DNA of 47,681 nt, taken from assembly GCA_017407285.1 (NCBI GenBank), contig JAFQWW010000040.1:1-47681 (forward strand), written 5' to 3'. The notes beneath the pieces are model-generated. The model was not told the DNA's origin, searched no databases, and worked only from the letters and a program-made list of their open reading frames with translations. A program made the position numbers and the translations under genes. Below, piece by piece: positions 29,418 to 37,794 of the stretch. Within the stretch, counting starts at the first letter, position 1, and every line of letters starts with the position of its first letter. This DNA comes from Clostridia bacterium (lineage in GTDB: Bacteria > Bacillota > Clostridia > Christensenellales > RUG350).

Positions 29418-31073
29418 CTATTTAAGTTCTGCTACTTCGTTATAATCATCTGGTAAATCGTTTTCAAGCAAAACGGAATCGTTTGCTTTTAGGAAATTCT
29501 TAAATTCACTTTTAGCTTCAGATAAGGAATTGTACACTAATATATTTTTCTCGTCAAAACCACTCTCCAGTAGCCCTGCTTTAATAGGTTCACTTCTGTT
29601 TGCGCCAATCAAAACGGCTATATCACAAACTGAAGCGATCTTTCTACCAAATTCTTTATTACTTTCCCTCTCCTCTGATCCTAGTTCAACCAGTCCCGGA
29701 GTTACGACGACCTTTCTACCTTCAAACATTGATAGAGTTTCTAACGCCGCGTTTGCGCCTTCTATATTTGCGTTAAAGGTGTCGTCTAGTATAGTCATTC
29801 CGTTCGCAGTTTTTATAAGTTGGAGTCTGTGTTCAGGCGCGGTTAACTCAGCTATTACGGATACGATATCCTCTAACTCAACACCCAATTCGTACGCTAT
29901 ACCAACCGCAACTGCAATATTTGATATATTGTGTTTACCAAGCATAGTGGTTTTACAAGGCAAAACCTTATCTTCAACGACTAAATCAAAGACGCTACCC
30001 TCACTCGTAACCACTATATTTTGGATAGATACCCTGTTGTTTTCGCCACAAACACCACATAGATCGTATTTGCATTTTAGGTTTTCAACTACGTCACTCA
30101 AGTGCTTCGTGTCCGAGTTAACGACTAAATATCCGTCACGCTTATTTAGAGACTCCGCTAATTCACATTTAGTTTTAACGATATTTTTAATATTCAAAAA
30201 GGTCTCTAAATGTTGATTAGAAATACCCGTAATTATACCGTATTGAGGTTCGACTATATCACATAATTCTCTAACGTTACCACCGTTTCTTGCGCCCATT
30301 TCGGCAATAAAAACTTGATGAAAAGGCTTTAACTTGCTTACACACATAGAAATACCCATTGGTGTATTATAACTTGCAGGCGTGCTTAATACGTGATACT
30401 TTCGAGATAACATTTTCGCCAATATAACCTTAACCGTGGTTTTTGCATAACTACCCGTGATGCCGATCTTTATAACGTCCCCTCTTTTTGCTAAAACCTT
30501 GGTCGCTTTTTTAACGTAACGATTATTATTCAACTGTTCAAAGGGCGCAGTGAGTAAACAAGAGAGTAAAACGAGTACGGGTAGTGCTAAAGGTGATAGC
30601 GCAATTAAGGTAAATCGGAAATTATGATAAATACCGCCTAAAAGCATAAAATTCCAATTTATTGAAAAAATCAAGGCGTTAAGTCCTAAACACAACAACG
30701 ATAAAACGACGTACTGACGAATCATTCTACGCGTATATACTAAAGGCTTTTTCTTAGGAATTTTACTCTCGTAGAAAACGAATAAAATACTCAACACGAA
30801 ATAAAAAGCAATACCTAAGTAGGTAAAAATTTCGTGCGCATAACCGTTAAACAAGGTGTTCGTTACAAAAAGTCCGGCTAAAGATAGTAAACATATTAAA
30901 ACGAGTCGTTTAAAATATCTACCGTTCGTTCTACCGTACCAATTAAATAGTCTAATTAAATGATAATTGTTGAGTTGATAGGTATGTAAAAATTTGTATG
31001 CCATAAATACCATAATAACGGTATTGATTACGCTTAATCCGGCACAAACTATAGTGTAAACGTTAATATCCAT
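29418..31073 (-). CDS. murF: MurF-like Mur ligase with N-terminal multi-pass membrane domain
   Basis: About 5 TM segments in residues 1-180, then ITGSYAKTT, SYNTPMG, AEMGA, HLETF, HRL, DDTFNAN, TPGLVELG, ENDLPD. Confidence 0.85.
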   Translation of the reverse strand: MDINVYTIVCAGLSVINTVIMVFMAYKFLHTYQLNNYHLIRLFNWYGRTNGRYFKRLVLICLLSLAGLFVTNTLFNGYAHEIFTYLGIAFYFVLSILFVFYESKIPKKKPLVYTRRMIRQYVVLSLLCLGLNALIFSINWNFMLLGGIYHNFRFTLIALSPLALPVLVLLSCLLTAPFEQLNNNRYVKKATKVLAKRGDVIKIGITGSYAKTTVKVILAKMLSRKYHVLSTPASYNTPMGISMCVSKLKPFHQVFIAEMGARNGGNVRELCDIVEPQYGIITGISNQHLETFLNIKNIVKTKCELAESLNKRDGYLVVNSDTKHLSDVVENLKCKYDLCGVCGENNRVSIQNIVVTSEGSVFDLVVEDKVLPCKTTMLGKHNISNIAVAVGIAYELGVELEDIVSVIAELTAPEHRLQLIKTANGMTILDDTFNANIEGANAALETLSMFEGRKVVVTPGLVELGSEERESNKEFGRKIASVCDIAVLIGANRSEPIKAGLLESGFDEKNILVYNSLSEAKSEFKNFLKANDSVLLENDLPDDYNEVAELK

Positions 31074-31076
31074 ATC

Positions 31077-31766
31077 TTAACCTTCCAAAAATCTTTTTAC
31101 AACAAAAATAAATTTTCCAAGTTCATCTGCGTAGGAAAAATGTCCTGCCCTATCAAACACAACGAGTTGTGAGTTCGCAATATTCTTGTTAAGTTTTTTC
31201 GCCATATATATTGGCGTAGTCTTATCACGCTTCCCCCAAACGATAAGAGTTGGACAGTCAATATATCTTAAACTGTCGCTTTGATCAAAATTTACGACGT
31301 TAACGAAGGTTTTCTTCATAACACTATTTAGTTCCCTATATTCTTTAGAACCACACTTGCTAACGTCTAAACCTAATTTCTTGCGTATTCTATAAATCCA
31401 TAGTTTTATATAATACTTTATGGATTTTCGAGGCAAAATTCCCGCACTATTACATAAAACTAGTTTTTCAACCAACTCAGGAGTCTCTTTAGATAGATAT
31501 ATACCTACGCGACCGCCAAAAGAGTGACAAATAAAAATCGCACGATTTATCTCCTCTTTTTTTAGTATATCTACAACCCCATAGGCGTAGTCTGAAAGAT
31601 TTAGCGGATAATCAGGATGCCGACTATTTCCAAATCCGTAAAAATCTGGAACTATAAATCTATATCCTTTTAGTGATTTTGCAATAGGCATCATCAACTC
31701 GCCACTTGCGCCCCAACCGTGTAATAACACAACCGGTTTTCCTCTGCCGTACGTAACGTAATTAAT
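31077..31766 (-). CDS. Alpha/beta hydrolase (esterase-type); probable ATT start at 31766 (first standard start GTG 31730)
   Basis: LHGWG, DFYGFGNS, CHSFGG nucleophile, WG.RD..TP, AGHF; N-terminal INYVTYGRGKPVV in frame after SD GGAGG. Confidence 0.85.
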   Translation of the reverse strand: MNYVTYGRGKPVVLLHGWGASGELMMPIAKSLKGYRFIVPDFYGFGNSRHPDYPLNLSDYAYGVVDILKKEEINRAIFICHSFGGRVGIYLSKETPELVEKLVLCNSAGILPRKSIKYYIKLWIYRIRKKLGLDVSKCGSKEYRELNSVMKKTFVNVVNFDQSDSLRYIDCPTLIVWGKRDKTTPIYMAKKLNKNIANSQLVVFDRAGHFSYADELGKFIFVVKRFLEG

Positions 31767-32206
31767 TACACTCCTCCAATCTCAAAAGAATAAAGATAGG
31801 CATCCTCGCCACCTCCGTAATAGTTTGCCCTCTCGCCGTACTTTATAAATCCAACCTTTTCGTATAACGCTATCGCTGACAGGTTTTTTGCTCTAACCTC
31901 TAAAAAAATATGCTCTGCACCTTTTTCACGTGCAATCTCTAAAACCTTTTCAATGAGCAATAACCCATAACCTTTTCGCCTATAAGCATTTAGGACTGCA
32001 ACACGGAATAATTCACTAGTATCAAATAAAGTGTGCATACAAAAGTATCCGATTATCTCGTCATTAAACACAAGAACGGCGTAATCGTAACACTCGTTTT
32101 CTAAAGATTGGGAAAGTGTGTCCACACTCCACGGATCCACAAAGCACTCTTTCTCTATTTGCGCGACTGTTTCAATGTCGCTATTGGTCATTTTTCTTAT
32201 AATCAT
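31766..32206 (-). CDS. rimI: Ribosomal protein S18 alanine N-acetyltransferase
   Basis: IE..CF.DPWS, RRKGYG, LEVR..N..AI.LY.K.GF, R.NYY. Confidence 0.9.
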   Translation of the reverse strand: MIIRKMTNSDIETVAQIEKECFVDPWSVDTLSQSLENECYDYAVLVFNDEIIGYFCMHTLFDTSELFRVAVLNAYRRKGYGLLLIEKVLEIAREKGAEHIFLEVRAKNLSAIALYEKVGFIKYGERANYYGGGEDAYLYSFEIGGV

Positions 32207-32763
32207 TTCTTATTTCGTTCCGCTTCAGATGCTCTCATATAAAACGGTTTTGCAAAATCAACGGTTTGATTTTTGTTAATTTTGTCTTCAACTACTTGGC
32301 TTAACGCCTCGGGCGTTAGTGTGGTCACGTCTATCTCAACAGCACCATCGGGTAAAACACCGTCCTCTGCCGTTTTATACGTTAAAGAATTGTTAAATTT
32401 TTCCGCTATATAATAGACGTGTTTTGCGTCAATCGCAAAAATTTTATCATCAAAATTATGATATGCAAAGGGTTCGAATGTCGTGACCTCAACTACGGAC
32501 TTTTTATTAGCATATGCAAACGCATTTACTGTTGCAACGCCAACTCTAATACCAGTAAATGATCCAGGTCCCACAGTAACGCCAAAGTAATCAACGTCGT
32601 TTATCGATATCTCTGCATCGTCTAGCAACTTTTCAATTGCAGGCAACAAGGAAACGGAATGACCTTGTCTAACCGTTTCGCTCTTGTATGAATATAATTT
32701 ATCCTCTACCTTTAACGCTATCGTCAAAGAATCACAAGAGGTGTCTATTGAGAGTACTTTCAT
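32203..32763 (-). CDS. tsaB: t6A biosynthesis protein TsaB
   Basis: LSIDTS, HS..LLP.I, GPGSFTGIRVG, IDA, P.Y.R.SEAER. Confidence 0.93.
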   Translation of the reverse strand: MKVLSIDTSCDSLTIALKVEDKLYSYKSETVRQGHSVSLLPAIEKLLDDAEISINDVDYFGVTVGPGSFTGIRVGVATVNAFAYANKKSVVEVTTFEPFAYHNFDDKIFAIDAKHVYYIAEKFNNSLTYKTAEDGVLPDGAVEIDVTTLTPEALSQVVEDKINKNQTVDFAKPFYMRASEAERNKK

Positions 32764-33749
32764 TATCTATCCTCTTTCGTAATAGTTATTTTACGTTTTT
32801 TGCCGTTTGTTTCGATATTTACGGTATACACTCGACCTAATATTGACGGCATTCTATTCCACTCGACGATACATATTCTATCTCGTGAAAAATATTCTTC
32901 AAAGCCTAAATTCTCAAGTTCTTCATCGTCTTCAATTCTATACATATCAAAGTGACAAAGTTTACCGTCTAAATATTCTTTTAATATATTGAAAGTAGGA
33001 CTCAAAACGTCCTCTTTAACACCAAAACTTTGCGCAATTCCTCTAGCAAAAACAGTTTTACCTGCGCCAAGATCGCCGTTTAATAGTACGGTATCTCCAA
33101 AATTCAATTCTTTAGCAAACGCCTTTGCTAAACTTAGAGTTTCGTTTGCGCTATTCGTGATAAAAACGTTCTCGCTCTTAATATCGTAATTCTTCTCTTT
33201 TTTCTCGGCAACGCCAATAAATCGGAAAAACTTATGTATTTGTTTGTATAAAAGAAACGTTAATATAGAATTTGCACCCGCTTTCACTAAGTTAAATAAA
33301 AGTATGGCAGGAATCATACCTACGACAACCTCTATTGCAATTCCACCAAAAAGTGGGTGTGCTAACAAATTTGCAGGGATAATTACGACCATCCAAGAGA
33401 AAAATCCGCAAATTAGAGCTAAAATAGCGCCTTTTATGTTTCTTTTTCTTTGATAAATAAGCCCCGCCACTAATGCGTAAACGCCAGTAGCTAGTAAATG
33501 CATAATAAATCCGGTCAATCCCGAGCCACCCATTGCAAAGGCTTGTATTACGCATACAACGAAGGTAATAATCAGTCCGGACACAGGACCATACATAAAG
33601 GTCCCTAAAAATATAAAGACGTCCGCAACGTCGTATAGCATATAGTTTGGTGTAAACGGAAAAGGAAATTGTATTCCTAAAGCTAAGCTAACGATGCTAA
33701 GCGCCGATAGCATCGCCATTCCAGTCAACATTCTAGTAGTAATTTTCAT
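32763..33749 (-). CDS. tsaE: In-frame fusion: RibU-type ECF transporter S component (about aa 1-175) + t6A ATPase TsaE (about aa 194-328)
   Basis: N-terminal 5-6 TMs with FP....YM.YD.AD, G.F.YGP..G, FNL.K; C-terminal GDLGAGKT, SPTF, HFDMYR, IVEW; no stop in linker. Confidence 0.9.
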   Translation of the reverse strand: MKITTRMLTGMAMLSALSIVSLALGIQFPFPFTPNYMLYDVADVFIFLGTFMYGPVSGLIITFVVCVIQAFAMGGSGLTGFIMHLLATGVYALVAGLIYQRKRNIKGAILALICGFFSWMVVIIPANLLAHPLFGGIAIEVVVGMIPAILLFNLVKAGANSILTFLLYKQIHKFFRFIGVAEKKEKNYDIKSENVFITNSANETLSLAKAFAKELNFGDTVLLNGDLGAGKTVFARGIAQSFGVKEDVLSPTFNILKEYLDGKLCHFDMYRIEDDEELENLGFEEYFSRDRICIVEWNRMPSILGRVYTVNIETNGKKRKITITKEDR

Positions 33750-33775
33750 TTGTTAAACTCCTTCCGTACCCTTTT

Positions 33776-33802
33776 AAAAACCCCTATACGAGGCATAGGG
33801 GT
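33776..33802 (-). terminator. Expression-platform terminator of FMN riboswitch
   Basis: Minus strand CCCCTAT-GCCTCGT-ATAGGGG-TTTTT between aptamer and SD. Confidence 0.8.
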
Positions 33803-33810
33803 ACGCTTGA

Positions 33811-33915
33811 TATTCTCTCATCCAGACTATACTGTCGGTCAAGGAATTACACCTTGTCTGCTTACGCTCGTGGACTTTTACCACCGGTGGGGACTTTCAC
33901 CCCGCCCCGAAATCT
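33811..33915 (-). ncRNA. FMN (RFN) riboswitch aptamer
   Basis: Minus strand TTCGGGGCGGGGTGAAAGTCCCCACCGGTGGTAAAAGTCCACGA...GACAAGGTGTAATTCCTTGACCGACAGTATAGTCTGGATGAGAGAA matches the RFN consensus; upstream of RibU-type gene. Confidence 0.95.
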
Positions 33916-33932
33916 ATATGGAATTCTGTTGT

Positions 33933-34571
33933 TTATCCTTCGACGATTTTATCGCCGGCACTCGTGCCGAGTCTAGTCGCTCCAGCATCTATAAGTTCTT
34001 TCGCAAAATTGTAATCTCTAATGCCTCCGGCAGCTTTTACTTGACATTTGCCGTTTACTGCCTTCTTCATAAGTTGAACGTGGTGAACGGTTGCTCCCGT
34101 TCCAAAAAATCCAGTTGACGTTTTAACGAATGCAACGCCTGCGTCTGCGCAAATTTCGCAACCTTTTACAACTTGCTCGTCCGTTAAATGACAGGTTTCT
34201 AATATAACTTTTAGAGGAACGCCACACGCATCAACTATGCTCTTTACGTCACGATACACGTAGTCGTAATCTCCAGATACGAGTCTTGACACGGGAATAA
34301 CAACGTCGACCTCTTCTGCACCACACTTAACCGCATATTCCGCTTCCTTTGCGCGAATAATCGTTTCACTCTCTCCGAAAGGAAAACCTGCAACGGACAC
34401 GGTCTTTATATCACTACCTTTCAAAAGTTCTTTAACTAAGGTTACGTAATTAGGATTGACACACACAGAGTAAAATCCATACTTTAGTGCAGATTCACAA
34501 TGTTTCTCAATATCAAAAGGCGTAGCCGTAGTTTTCAATATGGTATGATCTATGTATTTTGCTATATTCAT
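33933..34571 (-). CDS. deoC: Deoxyribose-phosphate aldolase
   Basis: IDHTILK, GFPFG, KVILET, FVKTSTGF, VKAAGGIR, RLGTS. Confidence 0.95.
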   Translation of the reverse strand: MNIAKYIDHTILKTTATPFDIEKHCESALKYGFYSVCVNPNYVTLVKELLKGSDIKTVSVAGFPFGESETIIRAKEAEYAVKCGAEEVDVVIPVSRLVSGDYDYVYRDVKSIVDACGVPLKVILETCHLTDEQVVKGCEICADAGVAFVKTSTGFFGTGATVHHVQLMKKAVNGKCQVKAAGGIRDYNFAKELIDAGATRLGTSAGDKIVEG

Positions 34572-34578
34572 ACTAACC

Positions 34579-35880
34579 TCAATATAGAATTATTTCTCCT
34601 ACAGAATTTATTTTAGCATATATAAGGCGTGGTTTGTCAAGTGATTCACGACGAACCTCAAATACGGAAGAAAATTTTTCATAAATTTCATCACTTAAAC
34701 ACTCATTTGAGTAAACCTTACACAAGACGTCTCCTTTTTTGACCTCTAAAGACACGCAAACGTTATTTATAACGCCCACGGTATAGTCTATAACGTCCTC
34801 TTTTTTACGACGGCCACCGCCTAAATCACATACTAGTTCGCCTAGTTTTTCTGCGTGAATTTTGTGAACGAAACCGTCTTCTTTTGCTAGTATTTCAGTA
34901 ACAACGGGAGCAACTTTTAGTGAAGATAAATCTCCGCCTTGATGAGCAATCATTTGATTAAACTTTTCATACGCAGTACCGTCGTCCAAGACTTTACAAA
35001 CCTTAAAAAACGCTTCTGCATAATCAATATTCTCACACTCTGATACGACGTTTGAAGCAAGCGCTACGGAAAGATCACGAAGCCTATTTTTATCTCCCTT
35101 CAAAACGCCAATAGCACCCTCAATCTCCAAAGAATTGCCAACGTACTTGCTCAAAGGTTCATTCATATCGGTTATCATAGCAATAGTCTTAACCCCTTCT
35201 CGTCTACCGATAGCACACATGGTTTCGGCTAATGAGAGCGCATCAGAGAAGTTTTTCATAAAGGCACCGTCACCGTATTTGACGTCCAAAATGATCAAAT
35301 CTCCTGCTGACGCCAATTTTTTACTCATAATACTTGCAGAAATTAGCGCAATATTGTCAACAGTTGCGGTAACGTCACGCAATGCGTACAAAATTTTATC
35401 CGCAGGACACAAATCGGGAGTTTGACCAACGATACAAAATCCTATTTCATTTAACTGATTTTCTATATATTCTTTTGATAGAGAAGAAGACAAGCCTTTT
35501 ATACTATCAAGCTTATCTATCGTTCCGCCAGTATGTCCTAGCCCTCTTCCACTCATCTTAACGCTTTTATAACCAAGAGATGCGAGTATAGGCATAATAA
35601 TAAAACTCGTACTATCGCCCACGCCACCCGTACTATGTTTGTCAACCTTTATACCGTCAACGTGAGAATAGTCCATTACCACTCCGGAGTCACGCATAGC
35701 GCGCGTTAGATATAGGGTTTCGTCAAAGTCAAAACCTTTCAAGCAAATAGCCATAAGCAGTGCACTTGCTTGATAATCGGCAACGTCACCTTGAACTACA
35801 CCGTCAACAAAAAACTTGATTTCCTCTTCACTCAAAGAAAAACCGTGCTTTTTTTTGTTAATAATATCAACTATTTTCAT
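34579..35880 (-). CDS. pdp: Pyrimidine-nucleoside (thymidine) phosphorylase
   Basis: DKHSTGGVGD, KMSGRGLGHTGGT.DKL, YALRDVTATV, SIMSKK; start ATG 35880 after AGGAG. Confidence 0.94.
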   Translation of the reverse strand: MKIVDIINKKKHGFSLSEEEIKFFVDGVVQGDVADYQASALLMAICLKGFDFDETLYLTRAMRDSGVVMDYSHVDGIKVDKHSTGGVGDSTSFIIMPILASLGYKSVKMSGRGLGHTGGTIDKLDSIKGLSSSLSKEYIENQLNEIGFCIVGQTPDLCPADKILYALRDVTATVDNIALISASIMSKKLASAGDLIILDVKYGDGAFMKNFSDALSLAETMCAIGRREGVKTIAMITDMNEPLSKYVGNSLEIEGAIGVLKGDKNRLRDLSVALASNVVSECENIDYAEAFFKVCKVLDDGTAYEKFNQMIAHQGGDLSSLKVAPVVTEILAKEDGFVHKIHAEKLGELVCDLGGGRRKKEDVIDYTVGVINNVCVSLEVKKGDVLCKVYSNECLSDEIYEKFSSVFEVRRESLDKPRLIYAKINSVGEIILY

Positions 35881-36223
35881 TCTTTCTCCTACTGGCAAAA
35901 ATTGCTAGAACTTGTTTTACGAGTTGTTCTCGTTCTAAACCGCCTTTAGAATTTAAGCGTTTTATCAAGGAATATGCGTGCAAATCAATAATAACGTTTG
36001 CATTTACACCGCTTACATTCTCAATTTCCCGTTCAATATCGTGACAAATGGATATATTCTCGCTTCTTAAATATATCGGCTCACATATTATAGCGACGTA
36101 AATCTCACTATAATATCTAAAAGACTCTGCGCGCTCTACTTTGTCGTGGCTTAAAGCAATATTAACCGCATCACTTGGCGTAAAAAGCATAGCCATTGCT
36201 AACACAGCACAAAAAAATTTCAT
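35867..36223 (-). CDS. Small exported protein, possibly YhcN/YlaJ-like sporulation protein
   Basis: Hydrophobic N-terminus; V..A......YVAI ... V.V..D...Y..I..L pattern; strong SD GGAGG; family call is weak. Confidence 0.5.
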   Translation of the reverse strand: MKFFCAVLAMAMLFTPSDAVNIALSHDKVERAESFRYYSEIYVAIICEPIYLRSENISICHDIEREIENVSGVNANVIIDLHAYSLIKRLNSKGGLEREQLVKQVLAIFASRRKNENS

Positions 36224-36247
36224 ACGCCCTCCTATGTAGAGGGTAAA

Positions 36248-36598
36248 TTATTCCTCGTAACGCGTAAGGTTATTGCCGTCCTCCCACAATCTCTCTAAGC
36301 AATAGAACATTCTCATTTCATCGTTGAAAATGTGTACAACTACGTCACCGTAATCAAGGATAATCCATCTCGAATCGGAAAACCCTTCGCGACGCACGGG
36401 CTCGAGTCCCATTTCGGACAATTTTTCTTCAACGTGCTCACCCATAGCTTTTACTTGGGTAGAAGATTTTGCGCTTGCTATAACAAAATAATCTGCAACG
36501 ACGGTTAAATGCTCGATGTCTAGCATAATAATATCGTTGCCCTTTTTCTCGGATAATAATTTTGCAATTTTTAATGCTAATTCTTTACTGTTTTCCAT
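36248..36598 (-). CDS. rsfS: Ribosome silencing factor
   Basis: KKG.DI, ADYFVIAS, W.ILDYGDVVVHIF, R.FY.LERLW. Confidence 0.95.
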   Translation of the reverse strand: MENSKELALKIAKLLSEKKGNDIIMLDIEHLTVVADYFVIASAKSSTQVKAMGEHVEEKLSEMGLEPVRREGFSDSRWIILDYGDVVVHIFNDEMRMFYCLERLWEDGNNLTRYEE

Positions 36599-36615
36599 AT
36601 GAACTCCTATGTATA

Positions 36616-37713
36616 TTATCTGTTTTTATAATACTCGTATGCATTTTTGGTCAAATAATAAATGTTTTCACCTTTATTAACCAAATATTCGTAACTATGA
36701 TTTAAACATTCAACGAAGCCTTTTTCAAAGTCAAATAAGAGAGCGGAACGCAACTTCTCTACTCCGTCAAACTCTCTTCCCTCTTCCGTCATATCGGCAA
36801 CGTAGACGAGTTTTTCAAGCGTAGTCATATCCTCACGCCCCGTTGTGTGATAGCGGATTGCTTGCACGACCTTATCATTGAAACCTAATCTTTTTGCATA
36901 TTCTGCTCCCGAGAACTGATGCGCAACCGGTGTTGATATAGCGTCTTCAGGGACACCTGACGTGGTGTCTGTTTTTTTAGTTATATCGTGAAATAAAGTT
37001 GCAAGAAAAACGTCTTCGACGGATAAACCAAGATTTCTATTTAACCTTAACGCCCATTTTACCGTTCTAAATACGTGATCAACCGTCTTTTGTGGTAAAT
37101 TGGCTTTAACTATATCAACGTATTCATTTTTGTATAACGCGTTTTTACAAACGTAGTCAGATACCTCTCGTGGTACAATATCGGATATATCAAAACCTAA
37201 AGACGCCAATGCTCGAATTTCTCTTGAAGATATGTTTTCGCCAACGTAAGATAAAACGGTAATATTTCCACCAACCTCACGAGCCTTGTTTATCGCTTCG
37301 TTCATATCCTCAATTCTACCCTCTCTTGGATAGACCGCAATATCCACCATGCTCAATAGTTTTTCGGGTTGATACCACTTAAATAAATCCGCCATACTAT
37401 CACCACCGATGACGTAGACGAGTTTATCCTCAGGATATAGTTCTTGAAATTTTTTAACCGTGTTAACGGCATAATTTTTCTCTAAACTGTTCTTCTCAAT
37501 ATCTGATATTATCGCATTCTTAAAAGCCAACGCGCACATTTCCATTCTTGACTCAAAAGATACGCTACTAGTCGTATTTTTGTGAGGCGGATCGAATGAG
37601 GGAAAAACTATGCAAAAATCAAGATTTAACTCTTTTTTTGCAGAGTTTAATACCGCAACGTGCTCGTTATGAGGCGGATTGAACGCACCGCCGTAAAGTC
37701 CTATTTTTCTCAT
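36616..37713 (-). CDS. nadD: Nicotinate-nucleotide adenylyltransferase fused to YqeK HD-domain Ap4A hydrolase
   Basis: GGAFNPPH..H, PPHK, IGGD, W...E.L, ISS..IR; then HV.R, LFHDITK, HQ..GA, YHTTG, ADM.E. Confidence 0.9.
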   Translation of the reverse strand: MRKIGLYGGAFNPPHNEHVAVLNSAKKELNLDFCIVFPSFDPPHKNTTSSVSFESRMEMCALAFKNAIISDIEKNSLEKNYAVNTVKKFQELYPEDKLVYVIGGDSMADLFKWYQPEKLLSMVDIAVYPREGRIEDMNEAINKAREVGGNITVLSYVGENISSREIRALASLGFDISDIVPREVSDYVCKNALYKNEYVDIVKANLPQKTVDHVFRTVKWALRLNRNLGLSVEDVFLATLFHDITKKTDTTSGVPEDAISTPVAHQFSGAEYAKRLGFNDKVVQAIRYHTTGREDMTTLEKLVYVADMTEEGREFDGVEKLRSALLFDFEKGFVECLNHSYEYLVNKGENIYYLTKNAYEYYKNR

Positions 37714-37794
37714 AACTATATTATATACCCAAACCTTGATATTTCAAAGTATATTTGAAAAATTTATGGCAATAATCTCAAAAACGGAGATATT

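Noticed and set aside
29530-30216. 228-aa plus-strand ORF and the many other short antisense ORFs in the track
   Set aside because: They lie opposite well-supported genes, have Ser/Thr/Ile-rich shadow composition, and show no motifs or SDs
33955-33970. CGGCAC-N2-GTGCCG inverted repeat at the deoC 3' end
   Set aside because: Short, lies in conserved coding sequence (LGTSAG), no U-tract
33750-34118. 122-aa plus-strand ORF
   Set aside because: It is the antisense of the FMN riboswitch and deoC end, a typical spurious call
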